Part shown: positions 25,418-37,684 of the stretch, piece after piece
How the letters are laid out: each line of letters opens with the position of its first letter
Numbering within the stretch: the stretch's first letter is position 1
Assembly: GCA_013239625.1 (NCBI GenBank)
Contig: MU053557.1
Coordinates: forward strand, 4,990,123-5,054,122
Source: Lama guanicoe
Taxonomy: Eukaryota
DNA length: 64,000 bases
Reading direction: 5' to 3'
Translations under genes and position numbers: made by a program
The notes under the pieces: generated by a model
The model's database searches: none
Told to the model about the DNA's origin: nothing
Seen by the model: only the letters and a program-made list of their open reading frames with translations

Positions 25418-26924
25418 GTAAGTAGGACTTTGTGAGCCCTTCCCCTACTCAGGGAAAACCTCCCAATGGGAGCCAGTGGGGAGACACAGCACTCTTGTAG
25501 GCCAAAGTCTAGCTGAGCAAAGACAGGATGAGAACGAACACAGGTGAACGTGGAGGGCTTAGGGTGCAGCTGGCTTAGTGTGTTGCACGAAATACCAAAA
25601 AGAAATTTAGTCTTACGTTGCAACATCTGTCATCGAGCACCTATTATGTGCTGGGCGCTGTGTAAGGAAGACAAAGACCATACCTTGGGGACTTCATAGA
25701 TCGTTGGTGTAGACAGAGATATGGGGAAAGAACTTCAGCATCACCTTGAAAGATGGAGATATGCAGAAAAAGGATGTTTGGATCTCTGCTGTGTGGACAG
25801 ACATCTGATTTCCAGAATGAGGGAGGTGTCATCCTGCCCCCTCTGCACTGGTCACACCCCTGGGTATGCTGCTCAGGGTCCCAGGAGGGAGCAGGTCTGG
25901 AGGCAAGGGGTACCATGAACCCAAGAGAAGGTGGCCCAGCAGAGTGTCTTCCACAGAGGGGCATGTGACCCACAAGATGAAGGCTACACAGGATTATTGG
26001 GAGGGGGTCTACAGATAGTTTTTCACCCTTCAGACAGTTTATTATAATTCAGTACTTTAATGTGTATTAGAAAAAATATAACTAGTACAGAAACACCTGA
26101 TTTTATTCACAATTATATTGTACAACACTAAGTTTTAAAAAGTAAGCTTATTAAAAAATTAAGAAGATGATACAAATCTGACAAAAATCATGAAAAACAG
26201 TCTCCTGACTCAAGTTGAAAAATAGCTGAATGGGGATGAAAACAAAGCCCCTGGGGTCATGAGGACCAGGTTTGGCTCCCAACTCCAGCATTTTACTGAC
26301 TACGTGATCCTGGAGGAGTTATGGAGCCTCTCTGAGCTCGGTTGGCTTGGCCATAAAATGGAGATAACAATTCTAATCTCGAGAGTTGATGTGAAGACTG
26401 GATAATCAGATGCCTGTTTTGGTACTGAGCAAGCCCTGGAGAAGTGACGGCCATTCACGTTGACAGCAGTTAGAACACTAGTGGAATAGCTCCTACAGGA
26501 GACGGAGCTGGGAGCACTTGGAGAAGAGAAGGGCAGTTTCTGCCTCCTGGGAAAGGCTGTCCTGGGGTGAGGAAGCAGCACTGGTTGGAAAGGGGACCCG
26601 TGGTGCCAGCACCAGGAAAATAGTTTCCCCACCAGTCTGAGGAAGAACTTTTTATCTCTGCCAGAGCTGTTCAAAATGGTGTGGGCTGCCTCTGCAGGGG
26701 ATGAGCTCCCTGTCACTGGGGATGAGCAAGCAAAAGCTGGAAACAGTGAGTGTGGGGTGGAGTGGGTAGGTTTGTGAAGTTCCTAGATGACCTCTTGAGG
26801 TCCACTTTAGTGCAAGAAGCTATATTGGAAGTAGTCATGTCCATGAATGATAGTGACTTCCTCTACCACTAAAAGGGATGGGGAAGGCGATCTGCAGCCA
26901 GATAATGTTCTGCATGTCCTACAG

Positions 26925-27082
26925 GACATCGAGGGTACGTGCCAGCTGGGAAACTGGAGCTGTACCGTGTGGTCCCCAGTGAGGAAGACCTCAGAGGGCA
27001 AACAAGGCCTCACGAGAACTCCCGACATCTGACACCAGAGCCCACCCCAGCCCCAGTCCCCTCTGTCCCAACCATGACCCAG
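26925..27082 (+). CDS. ARHGEF37: ARHGEF37 coding exon (end of SH3-1 plus Pro-rich linker): [53 protein letters not shown]
   Basis: gtcctacag acceptor, CAG/gtgagt donor; RGYVP SH3 motif. Confidence 0.95.
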
Positions 27083-27897
27083 GTGAGTCTGGGAGAGGGG
27101 TGGGGGTCATGGCCACCTGGACTAGGGCTTTGATTTTCCTCCTGTCTGGGGGAGCTACCACTCTGTGAGGCCAGGGTCTGATCATCCCTGCCATGTCAAC
27201 AGCCGAGAGCTGACCCCTCGCTCCCTATCAGCAGAGCAAGTAGGATTCATTTGTTCATTCATTCATGCATTCATTCCTGCATTCAATATTCACAGGCACT
27301 GTGCTAGATGAATGATAAAAATGATGAAAAGACAACCTTGGCCCTTGCCTTCCTCAAATTTATAATCTGGGGATGGGGAAAACAGCAATTAATAATCATA
27401 TGAATAAAGGTGTCGCTCAACCTCCTGTTTCTCCTCCAAGCTGGGAAACTGACCTGGGCAGATGACACCCTTTGATCTGGGGAGGGAGTACCGATTCCTC
27501 TGCTCAGTGAGATGGCAGCAGTGGACTGAGAGCCCCCCTTCTGACCTTCTGAGGTCAGACAGGCCTGGCTGCCCTGCTGTGTGATTTCATTTGAATAAGT
27601 TCCTTGACTTCTCTGAGTCTCAATTTCCTTTTCTGAAAAATGGGGCAAATGGAATTGCAGAATTGTGGAAATCAAAACCAGGCAGAGAGCATGCCACATA
27701 GTAGGTATTAGTGGAAGCAGTGGGAGTAGCCATTGTCTTTGGACAGAGGATGTATGTGGGAGGCGATGACTGCCCAGCAATCAGAACTGAAGCGAGGGGT
27801 GGGGGTGGGGGAAGGGAAGAGGATAAATAGCTTCTCTGGTTCAGTTTGTTTGTCCTCCCACCCTGACCACTTCTGTGTCACTCTCCATGTGTTTCAG

Positions 27898-28107
27898 GTG
27901 GTGGCAGTGTATCCCTTTGTGGCCAGAAGCAGCCATGAAGTGAGTCTACAGGCAGGCCAGCGGGTGACTGTCCTGGAGGCCCAGGACAAGAAGGGGAACC
28001 CAGAATGGAGCCTTGTGGAAGTGAACGGACAGAGGGGCTATGTACCTTCCAGCTTCCTTGCCAGGGCCCCAAGCCCAGCTCCGTGGGGCTGGAGTCTGCC
28101 CTCTTAG
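27898..28107 (+). CDS. ARHGEF37: ARHGEF37 last coding exon (SH3-2): [21 protein letters not shown]...[19 protein letters not shown]...WGWSLPS*
   Basis: gtgtttcag acceptor; canonical SH3 residues; TAG at 28105-28107. Confidence 0.96.
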   Translation: MVAVYPFVARSSHEVSLQAGQRVTVLEAQDKKGNPEWSLVEVNGQRGYVPSSFLARAPSPAPWGWSLPS

Positions 28108-30400
28108 GGTTCCCTCCTTGGAGCCCATGTTCCAAGAGGCTTAGAGGCTGTGACCCCAAAAGGGTAAAGCAAAGAGAAGGCAGAGGTTTAAGGAGAGATC
28201 AAGCCACGGTGGGGTGAAGGGCACCCAGAAAGCAGCCAGAAGAGGTGGGTGGGCCTTACAGAGTGCCTGGCGTGGGCATGAAGTGCTCCCATCAGGACAG
28301 CTCATTCTGTCTGCGTGAAGAGGGTGTTCCAACCTGGAGTCACAGCACCCTGGGTGCCAGGTCACAGCCGATCGGCTAGGACTTGCTATAGCCTATGGCC
28401 AGTCTTACCTGTGCCCATGTCTGGGCATGCCCACAGGAGTGGGTCATCCAGGTGAACATAACCTGTGTGCTGTATGGTTACAGGGAGGGGCCCTGGAGAG
28501 TCCAGAACTGCCTGGCCTGACAGTATACTTCCTACCTGTCCTCAGATACCTGAGCTTTTATTTTTCCATGCTGGGAGCTGAGTTATCATGGGCAGTAAAC
28601 CCCTGACAACCCTCTCTAGTTGGGATCGAGGGCTTGTTGGGCAGTTGAGGGGTTCTCAGGAGGCTCTTGGCTGGGCCAGGGAGTGGGTGTGAGCAAGTCA
28701 CAGTTCTGGAATGCGTGTAGGCAAATGCAGAGGCTGTTCCAAGGAAGAGGGAATTTTCCAGGTGTGTCAGATGGGATGTACCCTGCTGCTGGGTTCTCTG
28801 GACTAGGGGACAAGGGGGCATGCAAATCACAGAGGAAACTCTGTGAAGCAGGTAATTAAAGGCCTGGTGGGTGGGTAATGACTTGGTTTCCTGTTTCTGG
28901 AAGAAGGGGAGGCCAGGGGAACCCCCGGTGGTTTCAGGAGGCTGCTGAGGGCCTTGAGGCAACAGTGGAGGTTACGTTAGTTGGCTGCAGGACCTCAGAC
29001 ATAGGGCGCAACCTCAGTTTTCCCATCCATAAAGTTCGTACTCACAGGCTTGTGGTGAGAATGCCATCATACAAAGGATGTGGAAGCTCCTTGCAAATCG
29101 TGAAGTGTGATATAAATGTAAATTGCCAGGGGTAGCAGGATGTGCCAGAAGTGGTCTCAGGATGTCCCCAGCCATCAGTTGACCATTCCCCATGCCCATG
29201 GCCAAGGCCAACATTGTTAATCAATGTGGTAGCCTTTCCCATAAACCAAGGATCTCTCTCAGTGCTGCATGCTAGGTCACCAGACTCTTAAACTTCGTGA
29301 GGTCAAACTTACTGTCATCCTTTTCTAGAACCTAGAAAGCAAAGCCCCTCAAAACAGTTCTTTTTCAAGGAAGACTGACTCGGTGGGGAAAATTTGAGTG
29401 CAGCCACTGTTGGATCATTATCTCTAGGTTGTCTCTTTGGGCTCAGATAAATTGCAGGATTCATAGGAGAGGGAAAAGTTGTCCAGTGTGACTTTAAAAA
29501 CCAATTACAAATTTCGGAACCAATCCAAGTTAGAGTACGTGTGAAAACAGGTGGCAATTTAGATTTAATTCCAAGAACATCTCTGTATTATTATAACTGT
29601 AGTGCCTAAAACTGTTAGCTCTGGTTTTTGGAGAGCCTTTAAGAAGTGTATACATGTCTGTGTCAGACAGTCTGTAACTTACCTCCTCTGGGCTTGTGAA
29701 AGCGTGAAGGCTGCATACATAATGCAGGAGAAACTCAGTCCCCACAATCCCTCTCCCAGGACCAAATTCACTCTCTAAAATGCTCGTGACTCATTTTCCT
29801 TTGTCTTTCCTGCTCAGATTTCTGATAAAAATAGGAAACACAGGGGAGCAGATAATAAAATAGGAAGTCCAGCCATGGTTCCACAATACTTACAAGAGCC
29901 TTCTGTGTGCTAGTACCCTAGCTTGGGGTCTTCTCAACGTGGCTGCCCACAGCAGTCACCAGGACAGCTTTCAACTAGGACTGAGGCCAGGATCCCACCC
30001 AGAGATGCTGTTATAATTGGTCTGAGGTGTGGCCCAGGCCTCAGGAATTCAGAAAGCTCCCCAAGTATTTCTAGTGTGTGGCCAGGGTTGGCGACCTCTG
30101 CCCTAGACACACAGTGGTGGGCAAGACAGACCTGGGGTCAGAAATGGCCACAAGCTGTGAGCTAGGGTGTGCCCCAGCTGGTCTTTGTACTTGCTCACAT
30201 GTTTCAGACAGGCAGCTTGAGAGGTGGTTTGAAATAGGACAGCCTGTCCTGTCAGATCCCAGAATGTATATTTATTAAGTGCCATTAAAAGGGGCCTGAA
30301 CAAAATTGGATGTTCTTGTAGGTATAAGGGAGAAAACTGAAATAACTTGGAACCAAATCTATCTCATGAAGGGAAAATAAAAATGTATTCAGTAGCACAT
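28108..30400 (+). other. ARHGEF37: Probable ARHGEF37 3' UTR (end uncertain)
   Basis: Follows the stop codon. Candidate AATAAA at 29854-29859, 30376-30381 and 30823-30828; which is used cannot be told from sequence. Confidence 0.45.
29925..30105. mobile_element. MER5A-like hAT MITE in the putative 3' UTR
   Basis: TTCTCAAC...AATTGGTCTGAGGTGTGGCCCAGGC...GCCAGGGTTG...CTGCCCTAG. Confidence 0.7.
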
Positions 30401-30944
30401 GGGTTATGGTTTCTCATACATCAGGGGATGAGATTAAAAATTACTGAAGGGTGAGAAAATGCATATTGAGAAGATGGAGAATGGCCTGAATTTTCTCCAG
30501 GGGACTCTGTGTAATGTGCCTTTCTTTCCCCCCAAATGCCTAGAACCATTCCACTGTGTCTTATTTATTTCAGTGCTGGGCTGTCACATACTAGACTTGC
30601 TAAGATGTTTGCCTGTGAATTGAACAAGACTTTCAGGAACTGAAGACAGATTCACAAGGGTGCTCCTTGCTCCCTGCAATGGAGTGAGACTTCTTTAATC
30701 TTTTGGGCCCCAGCCTAGTTTTAGACTTGAGGACAAGATTACAATATCAAAGGAAAGATGAGTGAATTCTTGGTTAATATGTTAGACTCTAGCTTGGTGA
30801 GTAACTGATGTGAACTACTGGGAATAAAGGGCTTCAAAGATGAAAATGTTTCTGGAATGTGTATGACTCTAACCATTGTATAGTCACATGCCACAGTGTG
30901 ATGTTTGTTCATTGGACACTTGCTATGCATAAAAATGGCACCTC

Positions 30945-31480
30945 ATTCATTCATGTGTTCATTTAATGAGTATCTACTGTATATCTCTGGTGCCTCTAGG
31001 AGTTGGCCTTAGCTGCCAAGGCTGCAGTGAAACATCAGACAGACCAGGGCTGTGCCGTTTCAAAGCCCACAGTCTGATGAGGGAGGAAGACAAGGCAACA
31101 GTCAGTGACACGCAGTGTAAGTGTTAGGGTAGCAACAGGCGCCATCATAGTCCAGGAGAGGGACCAGCTCCTGACTCAGACCTGGTGGCTAAGGAGGGCT
31201 TCCTGGAAGAAGTGATAGCCAAACTGAGGCCTGATGGGCAGGTTAGATGAAGGTGGGAGGGAGGGCACATGCAAAGGCCCAGAGGTTAGAGCAAGGCTTG
31301 TCAGGGAACTGAAACTGTAGAGTTGGAACACGGTGTGTGTAGGGGTGGTGGGTGCAGTGGAAATGGCTTAACAAAGTCTGCCTGGTAAGGAGCTTTGGAT
31401 TTTATTCTGAGGGCAGTGGAAGTGGGGCACTAAAGGGTTTGAAGCAGAGGAGTGACATACCCAGGGTTGTATTTTAGGAT
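30945..31480 (-). mobile_element. L2 fragment
   Basis: (ATTC)n tail; GGAGGGCTTCCTGGAAGAAGTGA and GGAGCTTTGGATTTTATTCTGAG motifs. Confidence 0.7.
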
Positions 31481-32395
31481 GCAAGTTCTGGTTCATTCCA
31501 GAATCTTCCGAGGTATGTGCCTCAAGAAATAAATGTTCAATACATATTGCTCAGATAAATAGCACAGAGGACATGGGACACCAAAGCCTGCCACCAAGGA
31601 ATCTCCCGTCCAGCTGTAAAAGACATATGAGTATCAGGCAGTTACCTGGCACTGGATGGCAGAATGCTGTCAGTCCCAGAAGAATGCAATGGAGCAGGCT
31701 TATAGGTGCTCAGACAAGGAGGAGCTTTGGAGTCACTGAGGTGGTCAGGGAGGCTTCCTGGAGGAAGCAGGGCAGGTGCTGGCCTTGTGGGATAGGTAGG
31801 ATTGGGGAAAGCAAAAAGGAAGTGAGGTCTTCTCAGGCCTGGGGAGGCAGTGTAGTGGTGTGAGAAGTGCCCAGTGCTCAGCCTTAGAACCCCTAAGCTC
31901 AAGGCCTACTTGGCCATAGGCATGTTGAAAACTCATTTATCATAGTTTCTGCATGTGAGGAAGTTTGGTGAACCCCAAAGCCTTCCCTGTCTTCCCCAGC
32001 TGGCCCCAAAGTACTCACTGTGGAGTTCTAGCTTATCTTAAGGAGTCCTTGGCTTCCTCCACCAGGACCTACCTTCCATTTTGGAAGAGTCATTTTAGGG
32101 CTTGTTGTGGCAGGACAGAGACTCAGATACCTGGACTAGGGGTGAGGAAAGAGCTGGATGCCACTCCTGACAACATCCCAAGGAGCTTGCATCCTGAACA
32201 ATCTGTTCACTTAACCTTGCTCTTCTCTATTACTGGTAATTTCTGAACTTCCCTTTTCTGTTTTCTTATCTGTAAAATGGGTCCAATTCCTCTTCTCACA
32301 GGGTGAGTAAGAAGATTAAATAAAACACTTGATGTGAACAGTTGTGGGTGACAACCGGAGCATCCATGCTGTGTAGTGAGGGAACATGTGAGCTG

Positions 32396-32414
32396 TGACC
32401 ACTAGGTGGCAGCA
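32396..32414 (+). promoter_or_regulatory. CTCF binding motif
   Basis: TGACCACTAGGTGGCAGCA matches the CCASYAGRKGGCRS core at every position. Confidence 0.7.
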
Positions 32415-35400
32415 GGGCTTTGCCCATCTGCTGAGAGAGGGCTGGGAGGTGTCACCCGGTCAAACTGAAATGCCTGCGGTGCTAGGCTGGTGGTGCAGAT
32501 GAGAGGAAGGGCCAGGTGAAAGACGTTAGGGAGTGGTGGGGACTGTGTTGGACCAGAGCGTACATACTTAATCAAAAGGACCTTGCAACTTCTTGGCTTC
32601 AACCAATGTTGCCACATCAGAATGAGGGCCCAGGAGGGCCAGACTGATTTTTCAAGAGAAGCCAGAAACCAGGGTTTTGTTTGTTTGTTTTTATTTTTGG
32701 TGTGAAATCTGTATGGAGATTGGGCCACAGCAGGCCCCCTCTTTGCATCTTCTGCCAGAGTGTATGTTGACTGTCCTGATGAAGAATCCCTTGTGAAGAA
32801 TTAGCTTCATATCTTTATATACCCTGTGAAATGCCTTCATGTGTCTTCACTTCACTTACTACTTCATCAGACATTAACTTCCCTTTCTTGGGTCTCTGGG
32901 AAACACTGTTTCCTTTTAAGCTACTGTTTCTATTGTTGTCCTCAAACTTTTATTAGATTGTGGGCCTTATTTTATGACCCACTCACGAGGGTCTCCACAG
33001 TACTTATCTCACAAGGTTCTTTTGAGGATTAAATGAGATACTGATATAATTATCACTTAGCCCAGCACCTGGCTTATTAGTATTCATTATTGTGGGTTCT
33101 TTAGGAGAAAAGGCATGACATTTGGAGGAAGGTTTGCAGGGCCTGTCTTTCTCTATATATATAGGTTGGTGACAAGGCCTGGCCACTCCCTTATGTACAT
33201 GGAGCCCCCTGGACCCTGCTCCTAAGAGCCTGGTGGAGGTTGGATATAGCCCTTTCCTCAGAGGCTGCTGCTGCCCCTCAAAGGCATTCCTGGGACTCTC
33301 CCTTCTCTGTCATCTGTGGTGCTGCAGCTGGGTCAGGGTGGGCAGGTTTACCATCTAGGGCAATCGCAATCATGGGCGTGAACGACCCAGATTCTCCTTC
33401 TTGTTTCCAGCGATAGGGGTTTCTGCGGTCCACTGCACCGGGCTAGTCAGGCAGGTACTCAGGCAATAACCAGGCACACGGATGCACTGGAGCAGCAATC
33501 CTGCTCATAGGCTCAGGGCCCTTTGCAGCCAGGAGCATCTTCTCAGGGTGTTCCAAGGGGACCTGGCAGATTTGGGAAGAAAGAAAAGTGGGGACCAGAT
33601 TTGTCCTGTTGGGCTCTGCCTTATGGCTGGGCTGAGAAGCACCAGCTGATGCTGTTCAGTTAGGTCTCAGGCAGCCCGCATGCTTCCAGGACACCTCAGG
33701 GTGGTTCTGGGTTCCCTGTCTTAGGCCCATTTGCCTGTCGTCAGGTGTCTGGGCATCCTTGAGGCCTGTGAATGGAAAGAGAGCTCTGCACAGTGGCTGC
33801 AGGTTAGATACGGCTCTGAGCCCCAGGAAGATTGGACCAGAGTGGGTGAAAAAGTTGCAACCACCCCTTGTGAGCAGTTCCTATCTCAGAGTTTGGTTAT
33901 TTGCTTGCTTGCTCTCACTTATTCCCTTCCCTGCGCAGCTCTGTGCTACAGGGAACTACGTTTCCCAGGCTCCTTTGTCCTCTGGTTTTCTGGTGGGTTT
34001 GGCCAGTGGGAGGCACTGAAGGGAGGGAGAAGGGGAGAACTCAAGGTATTTCTCCCTCTCTCTGCTTCAGGCAGCATCTCTGCCTTGGCTGGTCTCCTCC
34101 ATGGTTCCAGCTTCCACTGGATGGCCCTTCCCTCTTGGACTTAGGTCCCGTAGGACAGGCCTGGCTGTGCTTCCAGTTTTTGTCAGGGAGTTTCAGATAC
34201 TGCGCACTAATAACACTGCCTCTTCCCTCTGTCCCTCCAGCCTGAGGACTGGAGTGTCTTTGCTATTGTTAATCCCTGGGGTGCTTCTCGGGTCTTCTTT
34301 CACCAGTGTAACCTCTTCCCTATATTAAAATCCCTTTGTTCACAAGGCTTGGAATGGTTCTTTCTGACTGGGCAGTGACTGTTGTGTGGCTCAGCAGCGA
34401 GGCATGCAGGGAGGGACTGGGTAGTGGAGCTAGAGCGGGCTCCGGGATACCCCTGCCCCTCAGGCTTCCTAGCCTTCAGAGAAGATGGGGACCATCACAG
34501 GTCTGCTGCACCTTCCCTGGGTCAGGGAACAGTCTGGTCCTCCCCACCTGAACTCTTGTGTCTTCAGCTGCACACAGCAGCTGAATGGGACACATTCCAG
34601 GGTCAGTGGCCGTGAGAATCTGCTGAGCTGCCCTTGTTTTGGTCGGCTCTGTCTATTGCTGTAGGGCCCAGAGAAGACAGCAGAGGAGACCCAAGGGATG
34701 CCATGTGAGAGCAGAGCCAGACTAGTGGGCAAGAGGAAAGGGTTACCTTCTTCCAGCCATAGTGCCTTGAAACTGGCCCTGGCTTGGGAGGGCCAGACAG
34801 GAAGTGGAGGGGCGGCTTCCAGCCAGAGAAGAGCCTGCTTGTCTTGATTCTGGGGTCTCCGTGATTCCAGGAACATCAGCAGAGTCTCTGGCCTGGGGAA
34901 AGGCCGGTGCACTAATAACAATCACCACAGTTTCTACTTCTCACAGGGTTGTTTGAGGGTTATGTGAGGGAATCTACTTTACATGATTAATCCAGTGCTG
35001 GCACATAGGAAGCTCTTAGGAGCTGGAAGCTTAAAAAAAAATTTTAAAAACCCCATAAGACTTAACAGCAACCAGCCACTGTGGACCTTATTCTGTTGCA
35101 CTTCAAGGGCCAAGCTGGTGTTGTAGTTAGCATTGACCCCAGGCCTCCCCTAGAGCAGGACTAGGGCTCACAGCACAGATCCAGTGCCAGGGCTAGGAAG
35201 AGGGTTGAGGCAGGCGAAGGAGTTGCAAGGTTGGGAGGGCATGGTGATCCCAGGGCTCACTCCCCAGGGATGTGGGGGCAGGCAGTGGGTGCCCAGCAGG
35301 CAGTTGGAACCCTAAAAGGGCACTTGAGGACAGGTATCTCCTAGGTCCAGGCAGGACAGAAGTTAAGGCCAGGTCAGAAAGTGGGCAGTAGGGCTTAGTT

Positions 35401-35839
35401 TCTGGGTTGAGGTTCAAGTACCATGCCCAGGGGACTTGGGGAAGAGGTCCACTAAAGATACAGAGATCCTGGCAGGAGGCAGGATTGAGAGCTGGGCACA
35501 AGGTTGGTGTCCAGCTTTCAGCACCAGGGACTTCATTTTGAGCTCTAGGGGCTGGTCTAGAACTGCTTGAAACCCTCCCATCCGAGAACAAGATTGAACC
35601 TAGAGAGCAAGGTGGGCTGGACCTGAGAGAGAGTCTGGAATGAAGAGGCTGTGCTGGTCAGGAGCCCAGGCTTCACACTGCAAAACGCCTGAATTCAAAT
35701 CCTGACTCCACACTTACCAGCTGTGTCACCTCGTTGAACAAGTTATTTCATCTCTCTAAAACCTCACTCTCCTCTTTGTGGGTAAACCAGGATATAGTCC
35801 CACCTCAAAGGGCTGTTGGGATGTTGAAATGGGATCAGG

Positions 35840-36450
35840 CACGGAAGTCTTCGGCCCCGTATCTGGAAAGTATGAGCGCTGCTTAGATGATTGATCCTCA
35901 AGGAGCCAATCAGTTTGGCTGTCCCGCCCCCTCCGAGGGGGTCCTCCCAAGCCTTGCCGGCGGTGACCCCCAGCCCGAGTCTTCTCTGGGCTAAGGCTCC
36001 TCGGACCTTCAGCCTTTGCTCTAGTGTCTGTGTTCCTGACCCTTCACCACCTCAGGCTCTGAAAAAATACCCCCTCAGTGCGTGAGCTGGTTCCAGACTG
36101 AAAGCAAGTGGATGTCTTAAGAGGCCAAAGGCTGCTCCCCCGGGACCGTCGCAGCCACCACGTCCTCAGAGCCTCTCTGGCGCTTAGAGCCGCCATCTTG
36201 AGTTACTCCCTTCGCTCGGGAGGCGTCCTCACGGCCCGGGCAGAGCGGCGGCGGGTCGCCTTGCAGGTGCGGCCTGCGTTTGTGAGTATACCTTCCCCCC
36301 TGCGTTCCTCCCCCACCCCCCGCCCCCGCCCCATTTCTAAGTGTTTTTCCTTTCAAAATTCTTTTTCACCCTTTCCCCATTCCTCACCAGAAGCTGAGGC
36401 AGAACGGCAAACAAACATCCAATAAAAGTACAAACACGGCGACACACAGG
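35840..36450. promoter_or_regulatory. Orphan CpG-rich promoter-like region
   Basis: Local CpG retention; ETS CGGAAGT 35842-35848; NF-Y AGCCAATCAG 35904-35913; GC boxes 35923-35930 and ~36318-36332; YY1 GCCGCCATCTTG 36189-36200; donor-like CAG/GTGCGG (36267) and TTT/GTGAGT (36282). Confidence 0.6.
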
Positions 36451-36779
36451 CACAACTGGAAAAAGCCCAACAACTGCCTGCCCTTCACACCACCCCCCTG
36501 GCCTCCTCCCAGAGATTCCGAGCTAGGACCTCCTCTTAGGAGTCACGGTCCCCACCCCCACCTGGAGGAGCACAGCCACCAGCCAAAATCATTCGGTCCA
36601 GACGGTCCAGACTCAGTTTTGTCCTGTGTATTGTAACTATAGGGTGCCTTTTGTTTTTCTTAACATATTACAATATCTACATAATGCATTATTTTTAATA
36701 AAAGTGAACAAGGAATTTGAATTCTATCCCTTCCTCCCTCAAGATTCTGTCCTGGTTCTCTAGCCTCCTGTAAGGGGCA

Positions 36780-37560
36780 GCGCCACCAATCCCTGATTTG
36801 CAACCGCGACCCCAAAGGCACTCTGCCCGCCATCTTCTCTCAGTAAACGGCGCCCTCACACACTACATTGTTCATGCCAAAGACCTGGGATTCGCTCTAC
36901 TTCCTCTCAGCCCTGCATAGTCGGTCCTTCAGTCACCTTTACTGCCGAAACCTTCCCAGTCCACCTCTCCGCTCTCCACCACATTCACTCCAGGTGAAGA
37001 GCCTCTTCTCTCACCTGGGCTCCTGCAGGAGCCTCCTGACAGTCTCTGGGTTCCCGCCCTGTCCTTCACCCTCACCCAGTCTCCATAGAACAAAATGATT
37101 CTTCGAAAAAGTAAATTAGAGACTGTCACACCTCTGCTTAAAACTGAACAAACCCCAAATTCCTTACGGGTCCTTGCCTCCCTCTCACCACATCATGTAC
37201 CCCCCTCCCCCTTGACCAGGGTGCTACAGCCAACTCTGGTTTCCTCTTTCTAGTTCTCAATGATTCTGAGCGCATTCCTAACTCAAGGACTCGGCCTTGG
37301 CCTTTTCCTTCCGTGGGACTCTCTTCCCCCAGATCTGCCCATAGCTGGCTTCTTGCCACACAGGCCTGCTCCTCAGTGAGGCCCTCGCTGACCGCTCCAT
37401 CTGGGTAGCCTCCAGCCCTCCCTGCCGTGACCCCAGTCACTCACTAGCCATCACTCTGTCTTACTGTCATTATAGACTTTGCTACGTCCTCTTATTTTCT
37501 TATTTGTTTGTTGTCTGATTCCCTCATTAGAATCCTCAAAGGTAGGGGTTTTATCTATCT
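36780..37560 (+). mobile_element. L2 fragment
   Basis: TCTTCTCTCAGTAAACGGCGCC, GGAGCCTCCTGACAGTCTC and CAGTGAGGCCCTCGCTGACC L2 motifs. Confidence 0.7.
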
Positions 37561-37579
37561 TAATCCTAAATCCAGATAA

Positions 37580-37684
37580 TCTTTAGTGTGTCCCAAATGA
37601 CAAGTGCTTACACTAAAAAATTATTCATGGTTTATCTGAAACTCAAATTTAACTAGATGCCCTGTATTTTACCTGGCAACTCTA
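37580..37684. mobile_element. Half MER53-like element
   Basis: ACTAAAAAATTATTCATGGTTTATCTGAAACTCAAATTTAACTAGATGCCCTGTATTTTACCTGGCAACTCTA. Confidence 0.75.

Larger units (their letters stand above)
1024..28107 (+). other. ARHGEF37: ARHGEF37 gene model (5'-partial): 11 coding exons, DH (RhoGEF) - BAR - SH3 - SH3
   Basis: Exon lengths 124+148+200+131+105+111+330+129+196+158+210 = 1842 nt splice into one uninterrupted frame ending WGWSLPS*. The peptide matches recalled mammalian ARHGEF37 (Tuba/DNMBP-related architecture). The start codon is not in the window. Confidence 0.95.

Noticed and set aside
36108..36425. 105-aa plus-strand ORF in the CpG-rich region
   Set aside because: GTG start, low-complexity R/P/S composition expected from GC-rich DNA, and it crosses the putative splice donors
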